Below, in pieces: positions 31,601 through 41,896 of a stretch of 64,000 nucleotides of DNA. This DNA comes from an uncultured virus (IMG/VR IMGVR_UViG_3300042540_000681) (lineage: Duplodnaviria; Heunggongvirae; Uroviricota; Caudoviricetes). Each line of letters starts with the position of its first letter. Within the stretch, counting starts at the first letter, position 1. The stretch lies in the IMG/VR virus record IMGVR_UViG_3300042540_000681, positions 1 through 64,000 of that record; one strand, given 5' to 3'. Both the position numbers and the translations under genes were made by a program. The notes under the pieces are model-generated. The model was not told where the DNA came from. It did not search any database and worked only from the letters and a program-made list of their open reading frames with translations.

Positions 31601-34600
31601 CTCAGGGTCTTCAGGGTACTCAAGGAGCACAAGGAACTCAGGGTCTTCAGGGTACTCAAGGAGCACAAGGAACTCAAGGACTTCAGGGTACTCAAGGAAA
31701 CCAAGGTACTCAAGGATTACAGGGTACTCAAGGAACCCAAGGTACTCAAGGATTACAGGGTACTCAAGGTCTTCAAGGTACTCAGGGTACTCAAGGAACC
31801 CAAGGTTTACAAGGAACTCAGGGACTCCAAGGTACTCAAGGATTACAAGGAACTCAGGGACTCCAAGGTACACAAGGTCTACAAGGTACTCAGGGACTTC
31901 AGGGAACCCAAGGTTTACAAGGAACTCAGGGACTTCAGGGAACTCAGGGAAGACAAGGTCTTCAGGGTACTCAGGGAACTCAAGGTACTCAAGGTCTTCA
32001 GGGAACACAAGGTACTCAGGGTACTCAAGGTACTCAAGGTCTTCAGGGTACTCAAGGAACTCAAGGTTTAACGGGACCAGTTGCTGGTACTGACAAACAA
32101 GTTATTTTTAACAACAATAATGTATCTGCGGGTGCTACTAACTTTGTATATGATGCAGTAAATCAGAGTGTTGGTATTGGAACAGTAAGTCCAGGAGCAG
32201 GAATTAAACTTGATGTTGTTGGTGGAGAAATCAAGGCAGGTAGAGTTGATACATCTAATGAAGGTGGTCAGTTAAGTTTTGGTAGAGCAACTGATAATGC
32301 AACTGCTTGGTATATTGATGTTTATGGTAATACTTCAACACCAAATCTTCGTTTTGTTGATGTTAGTAATGCGGCAGTAAGAGCTCAAATTGATGGTTCT
32401 GGAAACTTTGTTTTTGAGAGTCCTATTGAATTAAATTCTACATTAAAGGACATTTATAATAATGTAGGTGCTGCTGGTTCTATTTTAGTTTCTACTGGTG
32501 CTGGAGTTTCTTGGACTACGCCTTTTGCTGCTGGAATTCAAGGTCTTCAGGGTACTCAGGGCACACAAGGTACACAAGGTACTCAAGGATTACAAGGAAC
32601 TCAAGGTACTCAGGGAGCTCAAGGTCTTCAGGGTACTCAGGGTATTCAAGGACGCCAAGGTCTACAGGGTACTCAAGGCACTCAAGGTACTCAGGGAACT
32701 CAAGGTCTTCAGGGAACTCAAGGAACTCAAGGAACTCAAGGTCTTCAGGGAACTCAAGGAACTCAAGGTCTACAGGGTACTCAGGGTCTACAGGGTACTC
32801 AAGGTACTCAGGGCACACAAGGTACACAAGGTACACAAGGTACACAAGGTACTCAAGGATTACAAGGAACTCAAGGTACTCAGGGAACTCAAGGTCTTCA
32901 GGGTACTCAGGGTATTCAAGGACGCCAAGGTCTACAGGGTACTCAAGGCACTCAAGGTCTACAGGGTACTCAAGGTACTCAAGGAACTCAAGGCACTCAA
33001 GGTACTCAGGGAACTCAAGGTCTTCAGGGAACTCAAGGAACTCAAGGAATCACTGGTCCAGTAGCAGGTTCTAATACTCAAGTAATCTTTAATGATAATG
33101 GAGTTTCTGGTGCCTCCGCAAACTTTACATTCAATAAAAACACTTCAACAGTTCAAATTGGTGGAGTAAGTGGTACTGGTATTGGAATTAATACTAACAC
33201 TATTACTGGACCTGCAGAATTAATTATTGATCCAGCAGCAATTGGAAATGATACTGGAGTGGTAAGAATCAAAGGTGATTTATATGTAGATGGAACACAA
33301 ACTATTATAAACTCCACCACAATTGAACTAGCGGACCTAAGAGTTGGTATTGCGACTACTATAGGAACAAGTCTACTTCTTGATGGTGGTGGTATTGGTA
33401 TTGGTTCTGCAAATATAGTCAAGACAATCCTTTGGAATCATACTGCACAAGCATTAACTTCAAGTGAAGATTGGAATCTTGCATCTGGTAAGTCTTATGA
33501 GATTAATGGAACATCAGTTCTCAACGCAACAACACTCGGTTCTGGAGTTACTGATTCTTCACTTAGAAAAGTTGCTCCTCAAATTATTTCAGACAGAGTA
33601 GAACTTACTGCACCAGAAGTTCAGTCTGGAGATTACTTATTGCTTTATGATGTAAGTGATGGTCAGTTAAAGAAAGCAACAATACAGAATGCCGCCCTAC
33701 AAGGTCTCCAGGGAACACAGGGTATTCAGGGTCGCCAAGGTCTTCAAGGAACTCAAGGTACTCAAGGTACTCAAGGTACTCAGGGAACTCAAGGTCTCCA
33801 GGGTACTCAAGGCACTCAAGGAACCCAAGGTCTTCAGGGTACTCAAGGTACTCAAGGAACTCAAGGTCTTCAAGGAACCCAAGGTCTTCAAGGAACCCAA
33901 GGTCTTCAAGGAACCCAAGGTCTTCAAGGAACCCAAGGACTCCAGGGTACTCAAGGTCTTCAGGGTACACAGGGAACACAAGGTACTCAGGGTCTTCAGG
34001 GTACACAAGGACTCCAAGGAACCCAAGGATTACAGGGTACTCAAGGTCTACAGGGAACTCAAGGATTACAGGGTACTCAAGGTCTCCAAGGTACTCAAGG
34101 ATTACAGGGTACTCAGGGGACACAAGGTACACAAGGTCTTCAGGGAACTCAGGGTCTCCAAGGTACCCAAGGTCTTCAAGGTACTCAAGGTCTTCAGGGT
34201 ACTCAAAGTACTCAAGGAACCCAAGGTCTTCAGGGTGCTCAAGGTCTTCAGGGATTACAGGGTGTTCAAGGAAATAATAATGGTGGAGTAACTGTTGTTA
34301 ATGATGTTTCTACAAATGCTCTTCGTTATATTGTATTTGAAGATGTAACTTCTGGAGTTTCCACAAATGTTGGAGTTTCCAGCACCAAACTGACCTTTAA
34401 TCCTTCAACTGGTAATGTTGGTGTAGGAACCACAAATCCAGCAAATAAACTACAAGTTTCTGGTGGTAGTATTTTATTAGACAATGGTACATCTGCTACA
34501 GTAAATACTTCTGCACATATTGGATTTGGTACAAATCTTGTTAGTAGAATAGTAGGAAGAGATAATAATACTGGACTTGGATTTTTAGCATTTCTTCCAT

Positions 34601-35355
34601 CTGGAGTTGAAGCAGCAAGATTTAATAATTCTGGCAATTTGGGAATAGGAACCACAAATCCAGGAACTAGTAAACTTTCTGTTCTTGGTACTGTTGGAAT
34701 TTCTGAATCAGGTAATTCAACGAATGTTGGTGGAAGAACCCAATTATCATCAAGTGGTAGTGGATTTGTATTAAATCATAATGATAATTCACCAATTATA
34801 TTCCAAACTCTGGGTGCAGAAAGATATAGATGGGACCACACTGCAGCAGCACTTTTTATTGGAAGAACAAGTTCTACTGGAACCTCATCACAAGCACTTC
34901 AAGTTGGTTCTGCTACTACTGCTTTGGGTGCTTATGTTTCTGGTTCTGTTGGTATTGGAACCACAAACCCATCCTACAAACTACACGTTGTTGGTTCCTT
35001 CGGTGCCACAACCAAGTCCTTCGTCGTTCCTCACCCAACAAAACCAGGTAAAACGCTCCAGTACGGTTCTCTTGAAAGCCCTTATCACGGTATTCGCCTG
35101 ACTGGAAAAGGAACGATTGAGAATGGTAAGTGCGTTGTGAAACTTCCTGATTATATCTCTGCTTTCGTCAAGGAAGATGGAGTGAATATTCATATCACAA
35201 ATATCAAGCACGGAGAAGTTCTTTGGGTAGAAGAGATTGATGTTGCAAACAACAACTTCACTATTCAAACGAAGAGAACCAGAGGAACTTATGAGTTCTA
35301 TTGGGACTTCACCGCAATCAGAAAAGACGTTGCTGACCTAGAAGTGGAGATTTGA
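25654..35355 (+). CDS. Giant collagen-like tail/whisker fibre protein (3233 aa)
   Basis: Six Gly-X-Gln blocks separated by repeated globular modules; VGIGTT repeats; C-terminal KSFVVPHP domain. Confidence 0.9.
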   Translation: MDKYVSGRQRKLQVGLSSYSEGTQVVEVIGRVGIGSTVFDAQYDLDVRGNTNLGANSSNLINIPGRISSNLYPSSDGVYDIGRAPQIGSGANRWKDANFLGKGTFNAGVDAHDIEIGVGAANLIYSTSGNLELNSDSGRTNIDDNLTVSGNIGVGSVNPTSKLWVTGDGYFTGVVTSSNFYVNGELVGTGGSLTNLYVSGISTFSGPVGLGSSVVDVYGNVGIAGSILISTGAGVSWVSPFAAGLQGTQGLQGTQGTQGIQGEQGTQGLQGTQGTQGLQGTQGTQGLQGTQGTQGIQGEQGTQGLQGTQGTQGIQGEQGTQGLQGTQGTQGLQGTQGTQGIQGEQGTQGLQGTQGTQGLQGTQGTQGLQGTQGTQGLQGTQGTQGLQGTQGTQGLQGTQGTQGLQGTQGIEGPVAGSSGQVIYKDGSNNPVGSNNLTFDGSNLYVGGNITVGGTTAFLAVNELKVNDKDIILGITTDAFDNDISTDITANHGGIAIASTEGSPLIDISIVGIDSIPSTYKQIMWIKGGTLGAGTTDAWLFNYGVGIGSTQVPNGVRLSAGGMQVTDTTVTSPYFDGIVTKQAIKGQISTSSVTSDDLILIYDNTTDQIYKSTIQDAALQGRQGIQGLQGTQGTQGLQGTQGTQGLQGTQGTQGLQGTQGTQGLQGTQGTQGIQGEQGTQGLQGTQGTQGLQGTQGTQGLQGTQGTQGLQGTQGTQGIQGEQGTQGLQGTQGTQGLQGTQGTQGLQGTQGTQGIQGEQGTQGLQGTQGTQGLQGLQGTQGTQGLQGTQGTQGLQGTQGTQGLQGTQGTQGIQGEQGTQGTQGLQGTQGTQGIQGEQGTQGLQGTQGTQGIQGEQGTQGLQGTQGTQGLQGTQGTQGLQGLQGTQGTQGIQGEQGTQGLQGTQGTQGTQGLQGTQGTQGLQGTQGIQGQQGIQGTQGIQGEQGTQGLQGTQGTQGLQGTQGTQGLQGTQGTQGTQGIQGEQGTQGLQGTQGTQGLQGTQGTQGLQGTQGTQGTQGLQGLIGPIAGSDTEVIFNDAGVSGASSNFTFNKNTSTVQIGGVSGTGIGINTNTITGPSELIIDPAGVGVDTGVVRIKGDLYVDGTTTTINSTIVEIADAQIGIATTVGTNLLLDGAGIGIGSTNIRKTLTYDFSSDSLKSSENFDLENNKVYKINEVEVLSSTTLGTGVTISSIRSVSPGLISDRPEVSATADDYILYYDNLDGTLKKSTIQNAALQGVQGTQGLQGTQGLQGTQGLQGTQGTQGTQGLQGTQGTQGTQGLQGTQGAQGTQGLQGTQGAQGTQGLQGTQGAQGTQGLQGTQGTQGTQGLQGTQGLQGTQGLQGTQGLQGTQGAQGTQGLQGTQGLQGTQGLQGTQGLQGTQGLQGTQGTQGTQGLQGTQGAQGTQGTQGLQGTQGTQGTQGLQGTQGLQGTQGLQGTQGLQGTQGLQGTQGTQGTQGLQGTQGLQGTQGAQGTQGLQGTQGLQGTQGTQGTQGLQGTQGTQGTQGLQGTQGLTGPIAGSNSQVIFNNNNVSAGATNFVYDAVNQRVGIGTTVPTTNLDVNGGIRLRGSLFDKDNEPGAPGQVLASTGSGVDWVAAAAAGAITGITIREEGSVVGTTDSVNSVNFVGPNVTATASGAGATITIADYVSNAGIATNLKGGATGNIPYQSSPDNTVFLANGTSGYVLQSNGVGAAPTWVPAAAAGAITGITIREEGSVVGTPDSVNSINFVSGNLTATATGVGATIALTDTPTFTGLTVNGTTNINSNLNVSGNITVGGTTAFISVNELVVRDKDIILGFTTNALNQDVSTDTTANHGGIAIASTEGTPLVDISVVGIDSIASTYKQIMWIKGGTLGAGTTDAWLFNYGVGIGSTQVPNGVRLAVGGVHITDSQITATRFNGTASNLDINGLPTVTDPQSGDFIALYDVSGTVVGKATIQNAALQGLQGTQGLQGTQGLQGTQGRQGTQGLQGTQGTQGTQGLQGTQGTQGTQGLQGTQGAQGTQGLQGTQGAQGTQGLQGTQGNQGTQGLQGTQGTQGTQGLQGTQGLQGTQGTQGTQGLQGTQGLQGTQGLQGTQGLQGTQGLQGTQGLQGTQGLQGTQGLQGTQGRQGLQGTQGTQGTQGLQGTQGTQGTQGTQGLQGTQGTQGLTGPVAGTDKQVIFNNNNVSAGATNFVYDAVNQSVGIGTVSPGAGIKLDVVGGEIKAGRVDTSNEGGQLSFGRATDNATAWYIDVYGNTSTPNLRFVDVSNAAVRAQIDGSGNFVFESPIELNSTLKDIYNNVGAAGSILVSTGAGVSWTTPFAAGIQGLQGTQGTQGTQGTQGLQGTQGTQGAQGLQGTQGIQGRQGLQGTQGTQGTQGTQGLQGTQGTQGTQGLQGTQGTQGLQGTQGLQGTQGTQGTQGTQGTQGTQGTQGLQGTQGTQGTQGLQGTQGIQGRQGLQGTQGTQGLQGTQGTQGTQGTQGTQGTQGLQGTQGTQGITGPVAGSNTQVIFNDNGVSGASANFTFNKNTSTVQIGGVSGTGIGINTNTITGPAELIIDPAAIGNDTGVVRIKGDLYVDGTQTIINSTTIELADLRVGIATTIGTSLLLDGGGIGIGSANIVKTILWNHTAQALTSSEDWNLASGKSYEINGTSVLNATTLGSGVTDSSLRKVAPQIISDRVELTAPEVQSGDYLLLYDVSDGQLKKATIQNAALQGLQGTQGIQGRQGLQGTQGTQGTQGTQGTQGLQGTQGTQGTQGLQGTQGTQGTQGLQGTQGLQGTQGLQGTQGLQGTQGLQGTQGLQGTQGTQGTQGLQGTQGLQGTQGLQGTQGLQGTQGLQGTQGLQGTQGLQGTQGTQGTQGLQGTQGLQGTQGLQGTQGLQGTQSTQGTQGLQGAQGLQGLQGVQGNNNGGVTVVNDVSTNALRYIVFEDVTSGVSTNVGVSSTKLTFNPSTGNVGVGTTNPANKLQVSGGSILLDNGTSATVNTSAHIGFGTNLVSRIVGRDNNTGLGFLAFLPSGVEAARFNNSGNLGIGTTNPGTSKLSVLGTVGISESGNSTNVGGRTQLSSSGSGFVLNHNDNSPIIFQTLGAERYRWDHTAAALFIGRTSSTGTSSQALQVGSATTALGAYVSGSVGIGTTNPSYKLHVVGSFGATTKSFVVPHPTKPGKTLQYGSLESPYHGIRLTGKGTIENGKCVVKLPDYISAFVKEDGVNIHITNIKHGEVLWVEEIDVANNNFTIQTKRTRGTYEFYWDFTAIRKDVADLEVEI
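26383..34272 (+). repeat. Six blocks of 9-bp Gly-X-Gln tandem repeats (about 26383-26892, 27511-28713, 29347-30180, 31462-32079, 32533-33060, 33703-34272)
   Basis: ggtactcaa/ggtcttcag-type units. Confidence 0.95.
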
Positions 35356-35356
35356 T

Positions 35357-36055
35357 ATGACGATTGGTTATGGTCCCTCAATAGTTACTTCAGGATTAGT
35401 TCTTGCTCTAGACGCAGCAGATAGAAACTCATATCCTGGTTCTGGAACCACTTGGACTGATTTGACTGGTCGTGGAAATAATGGAACTTTAACGAATGGA
35501 CCGACTTATAGTAGTTCTAATGGTGGGTCTATTGTTTTTGATGGGACGAATGATTATGTGAATACTGTTACAGCAACTTCGTTAGGTATCAATTCAGCAT
35601 CTACTTCTTTTACTATTAGTGTTTGGTTTAAAACAACTGGAACTCTTGAATATTATTTGTTTGACAACTATAATGGTAATGTTAATATAGACATAAGTTT
35701 AAGAATTGATGGAGGAAGATTTGAAGTTTATATGGCAGCAACAGGGGCAATTGATAGTGTTCAGTTTGGTTCTGGATATAATAATGGTGCTTGGCATAAT
35801 TTTACACTTACTTGGAATGGTTCAAATAGAATAAATGCTTATGCGGATAGTATTAATATTGGATCTAATACAACTTCTATAACTGGTTCATTTGAATCTA
35901 ATGCTGCATTTCAGATAGGATTCAGACCAGTAGGTGGAATTAATACATACTACTTTCCCGGAAACATATCACAAGTCTCTGTATACAACAGAGCACTCAC
36001 AGCATCAGAAATCCAACAAAACTTCAACGCAACTCGTAGTAGGTTTGGTATCTAA
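35357..36055 (+). CDS. LamG/concanavalin A-like lectin domain protein 1
   Basis: GLVLALDAA..SYPGSGTTWTDL, FDGTNDY, FTISVWFK, WHNFTLTW, YNRALT. Confidence 0.88.
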   Translation: MTIGYGPSIVTSGLVLALDAADRNSYPGSGTTWTDLTGRGNNGTLTNGPTYSSSNGGSIVFDGTNDYVNTVTATSLGINSASTSFTISVWFKTTGTLEYYLFDNYNGNVNIDISLRIDGGRFEVYMAATGAIDSVQFGSGYNNGAWHNFTLTWNGSNRINAYADSINIGSNTTSITGSFESNAAFQIGFRPVGGINTYYFPGNISQVSVYNRALTASEIQQNFNATRSRFGI

Positions 36056-36057
36056 AA

Positions 36058-36729
36058 ATGGCACTTTCTCACGGACCACCGATAGTTACGAATGGTTTAG
36101 TATTAGCACTTGATGCGGCAGATAGAAACTCATATCCAGGTTCTGGAACCACCTGGACTGATTTGAGTGGTAGAGGTAATAATGGAACTCTTACAACTGG
36201 ACCGACTTTTAGTAGTTCTAATGGTGGATCTATTGTTTTTGATGGTACTGATGACTTTATTGATTTTACTTCAGACTCCAATTTACTTCCAACAGCAGGA
36301 CTAACAGTTTCTGCTTGGATAAAGACTACTGTTGCTGATAGATGGATAGTAACTAAAACGAGTTCTTCTACTGTAAATGGATATGCCCTTAATGTTAGTG
36401 GTGCTGGGTTGGCAGGATTTGCTGTAAATAATGCAGGTGCAAGTACTTCTGCTGTTATTACTACTGGTGCCTGGATTAATTTAGTAGGAACCTGGACTCC
36501 TTCAACTTCTATAAGAATGTACCGAAATGGAGTATTAGACAGTACAAATACAACTTCAATACCTGCTTCTATTATAGAACCATCTTATACCATAGAAATT
36601 GGAAGAAGACCTAATGGACCTGATTACTTGAACGGAAACATAGCACAAGTTTCCATCTACAATAGAGCACTCACAGCATCAGAAGTCTCACAAAACTTTA
36701 ATGCCCTTAGAGGCAGATTTAATATCTAA
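36058..36729 (+). CDS. LamG/concanavalin A-like lectin domain protein 2
   Basis: Same N- and C-terminal motifs as protein 1 with a divergent core. Confidence 0.88.
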   Translation: MALSHGPPIVTNGLVLALDAADRNSYPGSGTTWTDLSGRGNNGTLTTGPTFSSSNGGSIVFDGTDDFIDFTSDSNLLPTAGLTVSAWIKTTVADRWIVTKTSSSTVNGYALNVSGAGLAGFAVNNAGASTSAVITTGAWINLVGTWTPSTSIRMYRNGVLDSTNTTSIPASIIEPSYTIEIGRRPNGPDYLNGNIAQVSIYNRALTASEVSQNFNALRGRFNI

Positions 36730-36741
36730 GAGGTAGAGAAA

Positions 36742-37494
36742 ATGGCAGCGTCTTCAGGTCCTGATATTGTAGATAGTGGATTAGTTCTAGCACTTGATGC
36801 GGCAGATAGAAACTCATATCCTGGTTCTGGAACGACTTGGACTGATTTGAGTGGTAATGGGAATAATTTTACTCTTGTTAATCCATCATATTATTCCTAT
36901 AGTTCATCAAATAGTGGTTCAATAGCATTTACAAGAACATTACCACCAACAGCAGAAGATGGTGGATATGCCACATTAAACACTTCTGGAATTTTAACAG
37001 CAGCAAATTATTTACATAATAATCATACAACAGAAGTGTGGTTTAAATCAAATGATAGAAATCCCACAAATTATAATGGAACGGAAAATGTAAGTGTAAT
37101 AGCAACATATACTGGATTTCATAATATGTGGTACTATGATTCGATATCTTATAGATATGTGATATGGGGAAGAACCTCTGGGGTTAATAATGTTTATGAA
37201 CTTTCTTTTTCGGATACATCTTCTGGAGTTTGGACGCAGTTAGTTGCCGTAAGAAATGGAACGACTTTAACTTTATATAAAAATGGAGTGTCTCAAACAA
37301 GTGGAACTATAACTTCTGGAACTGAAGGAACTCCAAGTGATAACCGTATAAGAATTGCTACTGCAAATTATGGTGGAGATTATAGTTGGCATTCAAATCT
37401 TAATTTTGCCACTTTAAAAATGTATACACGAGCACTCACAGCATCAGAAGTCTCACAAAACTTCAACGCAACTCGCAGTAGGTTTGGTATTTAA
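36742..37494 (+). CDS. LamG/concanavalin A-like lectin domain protein 3
   Basis: Same N- and C-terminal motifs with a more divergent core; GAGG RBS. Confidence 0.88.
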   Translation: MAASSGPDIVDSGLVLALDAADRNSYPGSGTTWTDLSGNGNNFTLVNPSYYSYSSSNSGSIAFTRTLPPTAEDGGYATLNTSGILTAANYLHNNHTTEVWFKSNDRNPTNYNGTENVSVIATYTGFHNMWYYDSISYRYVIWGRTSGVNNVYELSFSDTSSGVWTQLVAVRNGTTLTLYKNGVSQTSGTITSGTEGTPSDNRIRIATANYGGDYSWHSNLNFATLKMYTRALTASEVSQNFNATRSRFGI

Positions 37495-37518
37495 AAAATG
37501 TTACTCACTTTAATGTCT

Positions 37519-37526
37519 AATAAATA
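37519..37526 (+). promoter_or_regulatory. Late promoter-like motif AATAAATA
   Basis: Intergenic, 23 nt before the ATG of the second collagen gene. Confidence 0.6.
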
Positions 37527-37548
37527 CTTAACAAAAGGAATATAGGGG

Positions 37549-40500
37549 ATGGCAAATTCGGATAAAGATATTCTTATAACCCCAAGTATAGGATCTACTA
37601 ATACGGATCCAAAAATAGATTTTGTAGGAGCAAGTACAAATACTGGACCTTCTACTATTACTGCGGTTGTATATCCGACGAATAATGGCACTCTAAGTTT
37701 TCAAGGAAGTGAAGGAACTCTATTTTCTATTAGTAATATCTTATCTTCTGGTTCAATCTTTAGCGTCAATCCAATCTCTGGTATTCCGATTATTGACGTT
37801 AATGCTGACAGAACAATTGCACTAAATCCTTTTGGTGGAAATACTGGTATTGGTTCCACAAGTCCAAGAGCAAAGTTAGATGTTGTCGGTGATGTAAGAG
37901 TATCTGGTGCCTCTACTTTTGGTGGAACTCTAGAATTAGATGCCGGATTAAGAGATTTTTATGGAAATATAGGTGCCGCTGGTAGTGTCTTTATTTCTAC
38001 AGGTGCCGGAGTAAGTTGGACTACTCCATTTGCGGCTGGTTTGCAAGGACTCCAAGGATTACAAGGTACTCAGGGTAATCAAGGATTACAGGGTAGACAA
38101 GGACTTCAGGGAACTCAAGGTACACAAGGTCTTCAAGGTACTTTAGGTTCTCAAGGTACACAAGGTCTTCAGGGTACTTTAGGTTCTCAAGGCACCCAAG
38201 GTCTTCAGGGTACTTTAGGTTCTCAAGGTACTCAGGGATTACAAGGTACTTTAGGTTCTCAAGGTACTCAAGGTCTCCAGGGTACTTTAGGTTCTCAGGG
38301 TACTCAAGGACTTCAAGGTACTCAAGGACTTCAGGGTACTCAAGGTCTTCAGGGTACTCAAGGTCTTCAAGGTACTTTAGGTTCTCAAGGTACTCAAGGA
38401 TTGCAGGGTACTTTAGGTTCTCAAGGTACTCAAGGATTGCAGGGTACTTTAGGTTCTCAGGGTACTCAAGGACTTCAGGGTACTCAAGGTCTTCAGGGTA
38501 CTCAAGGTCTTCAGGGTACTCAAGGATTGCAGGGTACTTTAGGTTCTCAAGGTACTCAAGGATTGCAGGGTACTTTAGGTTCTCAAGGTACTCAAGGATT
38601 GCAGGGTACTTTAGGTTCTCAAGGTACTCAAGGATTGCAGGGTACTTTAGGTTCTCAAGGTACTCAAGGTCTCCAGGGTACTTTAGGTTCTCAAGGTACT
38701 CAAGGTCTTCAGGGTAATCAAGGATTGCAGGGTAGACAAGGACTTCAGGGAACTCAAGGATTACAAGGTGCTCAAGGACTACAGGGTCTAACAGGTCCGG
38801 TAGCAGGATCTGCTAATCAAATTGTTTATAAGGATGGGTCTAATAATCCAACCGGTTCTGGTAATCTAACTTTTGATGGTACTAATCTTTATGTTGGTGG
38901 TAATGTAACGATTGGCGGAACATCGGTTCTTATTGCTTCTACCACTTTAACAGTAAAAGATAAAGATATTATTGTAGGTCTTGCTACTACTGCTGGTGGT
39001 GCCGTTATTTCAAATGATACTACAGCAAATCACGGTGGTATTGCGGTTGCTTCAACAGAGGGAAGTCCATTATTTGATATTAATGCTGGTGTTGGTACTG
39101 ATGACGTTCCATCTACATATAAACAAATTATGTGGATTAAGTCTGGTACTTTTACTGGACTGAATACTGATGCCTGGTTATTTAATTATGCGGTTGGTGT
39201 CGGCACTAATCAAGTTCCTAATGGGGTGAGACTTGCCGCTGGTGGAATTCAAGTTACTGATTTAACCGTAACTTCTCCGCAATTAAGAATTACTGGTCTC
39301 TCTACATTTGTTCAAACTGTTGAACTAGACGCTGGATTAAGAGATTTTTATGGAAATGTAGGGGCTGCTGGTAGTGTTCTCAGTTCTACTGGTACAGGAG
39401 TAAGTTGGACTGCTCCATTTGCGGCTGGTTTGCAAGGTCTTCAGGGTACTCAAGGACTCCAAGGAACTCAGGGACTTCAGGGTAATCAAGGATTGCAGGG
39501 TAGACAAGGACTTCAAGGTACACAAGGACTTCAGGGAACTCAAGGTCTTCAGGGAACTCAAGGTCTTCAGGGTACTCAAGGACTTCAGGGTACTCAAGGA
39601 CTCCAAGGTACTTTAGGTTCTCAGGGTACTCAAGGTCTTCAAGGTACTTTAGGTTCTCAAGGCACTCAAGGTCTTCAGGGTAATCAAGGATTGCAGGGTA
39701 CTCAAGGTCTTCAGGGTAATCAAGGATTGCAGGGTAGACAAGGACTTCAAGGTACTCAAGGATTACAAGGTGCTCAAGGACTACAAGGTACTCAAGGACT
39801 TCAGGGTCTTCAGGGTGGAAATAATGGTGGAGTAACAATACTTGATGATACTACCACAAATTCAAATTGGTATGTGGCAATATCAAGTGTAACTTCAGGT
39901 ATTCAAACCACATTAAGAGTTTCATCTACAAGACTTCAAATTAATCCTTCAACAGGGGCACTTGGAATTGGAACTGTCATTGATGTTGTTCCTTATGATA
40001 CTTTAAACTCTGGAACACTTTCTTTTGAGGGTTCTGCTGGGCAACTCTTTAGTATTACAAATAATCTAACTACTGGTTCTATCTTCTCAGTTAATGATGT
40101 TTCTGGTATTCCAAGTATTGATGTAAATGCCGATGGAACTATTCAATTAGCACCTTATGGAATTAATGAAAAAGTAGGTATTGGAACCACACTTCCAACA
40201 TCAAAACTCACAGTTCAGGGTGATGTAAGAGTTTCTGGTGCTTCTACTTTTGTTGGATTAATTGAACTTGATTCATCCTTAAGAGATTTTTATGGAAATA
40301 TAGGTGCCGCTGGTAGTGTCTTTATTTCTACTGGTGCCGGAGTTAGTTGGACTACTCCATTTGCTGCTGGATTACAAGGATTACAAGGTAATCAAGGATT
40401 ACAAGGTAATCAAGGATTGCAGGGTAGACAAGGACTTCAGGGAACTCAAGGTCTTCAGGGTACTTTAGGTTCTCAGGGATTACAAGGTACTTTAGGTTCT

Positions 40501-41892
40501 CAAGGTACACAAGGACTTCAAGGTCTTCAGGGTACTCAAGGTACACAAGGACTTCAAGGACTTCAAGGATTACAAGGTACTCAAGGACTTCAGGGTACTT
40601 TAGGTTCTCAGGGTACTCAGGGATTACAGGGTACTTTAGGTTCTCAGGGTACACAAGGACTTCAAGGTAATCAAGGATTGCAGGGTAGACAAGGACTTCA
40701 GGGCACTTTAGGTTCTCAGGGTACTCAGGGATTACAAGGTACTTTAGGTTCTCAGGGTACTCAGGGATTACAAGGTACTTTAGGTTCTCAGGGTACTCAG
40801 GGATTACAAGGTACTTTAGGTTCTCAGGGAACTCAAGGATTACAAGGTACTTTAGGTTCTCAGGGTACTCAAGGTCTCCAAGGTACTTTAGGTTCTCAAG
40901 GTACTCAGGGATTACAGGGTACTTTAGGTTCTCAAGGTACTCAGGGATTACAAGGTACTTTAGGTTCTCAGGGTACTCAAGGTCTCCAAGGTACTTTAGG
41001 TTCTCAAGGTACTCAGGGATTACAAGGTAATCAAGGATTGCAGGGTAGGCAAGGTCTTCAGGGTACTTTAGGTTCTCAAGGTACTCAAGGATTACAAGGT
41101 ACTTTAGGTTCTCAAGGTACACAAGGACTTCAGGGAACTCAAGGTCTCCAGGGTACTTTAGGTTCTCAGGGAACTCAAGGATTACAAGGTCTAACAGGTC
41201 CAGTAGCTGGTTCTGCCAATCAAGTCGTCTATAAGGATGGTACTAATACTGCAACCGGTTCTGCTAATCTTACTTTTAATGGTACTACTTTAACTGCTAC
41301 TCAGATAGATTTAAGTGCTAGTGGAACTGCAAGTGATTCTGTTCTTTACTTATCCGGTACTCCAACTAGTTCAAGTGGCACAAATGGTCTCTTAGGTATA
41401 GGTCAACTTAACTTCTCTGATACTGATATTATTGCTAATTTTGTTCATAGTGTCAATAGTTATGCACAAGTAGTTGTTCAGAATAAAAATAGTGGATCTA
41501 CATCTTCTGCAGATGTTATTGTTAATAATGACCGTGCCGCAGGAACAACTTATTTCGGTGACTTTGGAATTAATGGAACCACATTTGCCGGTGGTGGACC
41601 ATTCGGAGACCCTGATGGTACTTATCTATATTCTTCCGGAGGAACTCTTACACTAGGTTCTCAGGGAGCATATAATGTTAAAGTTGCTTCAAATAATACA
41701 GAAAGAGTTACGATTCTGAGTACTGGTAATGTTGGTATAGGAACCGCAAGTCCATCATTCACGGCAGATATTGCTGGTGATGCAAGAGTAACCTCAACAA
41801 ACAAGATGAGATTTGGTGGAACTTCAGGAACCACTAACTTCTATATACAGTATAATTCCACGACTAACAGTTTAGACTTCGTGGCAGGATAA
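37549..41892 (+). CDS. Collagen-like fibre protein 2 (1447 aa)
   Basis: Three Gly-X-Y blocks ([12 protein letters not shown]); shares globular modules with the 3233-aa protein; duplicated GTLSFxGSxGxLFSI module. Confidence 0.9.
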   Translation: MANSDKDILITPSIGSTNTDPKIDFVGASTNTGPSTITAVVYPTNNGTLSFQGSEGTLFSISNILSSGSIFSVNPISGIPIIDVNADRTIALNPFGGNTGIGSTSPRAKLDVVGDVRVSGASTFGGTLELDAGLRDFYGNIGAAGSVFISTGAGVSWTTPFAAGLQGLQGLQGTQGNQGLQGRQGLQGTQGTQGLQGTLGSQGTQGLQGTLGSQGTQGLQGTLGSQGTQGLQGTLGSQGTQGLQGTLGSQGTQGLQGTQGLQGTQGLQGTQGLQGTLGSQGTQGLQGTLGSQGTQGLQGTLGSQGTQGLQGTQGLQGTQGLQGTQGLQGTLGSQGTQGLQGTLGSQGTQGLQGTLGSQGTQGLQGTLGSQGTQGLQGTLGSQGTQGLQGNQGLQGRQGLQGTQGLQGAQGLQGLTGPVAGSANQIVYKDGSNNPTGSGNLTFDGTNLYVGGNVTIGGTSVLIASTTLTVKDKDIIVGLATTAGGAVISNDTTANHGGIAVASTEGSPLFDINAGVGTDDVPSTYKQIMWIKSGTFTGLNTDAWLFNYAVGVGTNQVPNGVRLAAGGIQVTDLTVTSPQLRITGLSTFVQTVELDAGLRDFYGNVGAAGSVLSSTGTGVSWTAPFAAGLQGLQGTQGLQGTQGLQGNQGLQGRQGLQGTQGLQGTQGLQGTQGLQGTQGLQGTQGLQGTLGSQGTQGLQGTLGSQGTQGLQGNQGLQGTQGLQGNQGLQGRQGLQGTQGLQGAQGLQGTQGLQGLQGGNNGGVTILDDTTTNSNWYVAISSVTSGIQTTLRVSSTRLQINPSTGALGIGTVIDVVPYDTLNSGTLSFEGSAGQLFSITNNLTTGSIFSVNDVSGIPSIDVNADGTIQLAPYGINEKVGIGTTLPTSKLTVQGDVRVSGASTFVGLIELDSSLRDFYGNIGAAGSVFISTGAGVSWTTPFAAGLQGLQGNQGLQGNQGLQGRQGLQGTQGLQGTLGSQGLQGTLGSQGTQGLQGLQGTQGTQGLQGLQGLQGTQGLQGTLGSQGTQGLQGTLGSQGTQGLQGNQGLQGRQGLQGTLGSQGTQGLQGTLGSQGTQGLQGTLGSQGTQGLQGTLGSQGTQGLQGTLGSQGTQGLQGTLGSQGTQGLQGTLGSQGTQGLQGTLGSQGTQGLQGTLGSQGTQGLQGNQGLQGRQGLQGTLGSQGTQGLQGTLGSQGTQGLQGTQGLQGTLGSQGTQGLQGLTGPVAGSANQVVYKDGTNTATGSANLTFNGTTLTATQIDLSASGTASDSVLYLSGTPTSSSGTNGLLGIGQLNFSDTDIIANFVHSVNSYAQVVVQNKNSGSTSSADVIVNNDRAAGTTYFGDFGINGTTFAGGGPFGDPDGTYLYSSGGTLTLGSQGAYNVKVASNNTERVTILSTGNVGIGTASPSFTADIAGDARVTSTNKMRFGGTSGTTNFYIQYNSTTNSLDFVAG
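38038..41190 (+). repeat. Three collagen-encoding tandem-repeat blocks (about 38038-38790, 39427-39816, 40368-41190)
   Basis: ggtactttaggttctcaaggtactcaagga-type units. Confidence 0.95.
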
Positions 41893-41896
41893 TATT

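Noticed and set aside
26348..41122. Many long alternative-frame and antisense ORFs ([32 protein letters not shown] repeats)
   Set aside because: Shadows of the 9-bp collagen repeat, which lacks stops in several frames; they start and end with the repeat blocks
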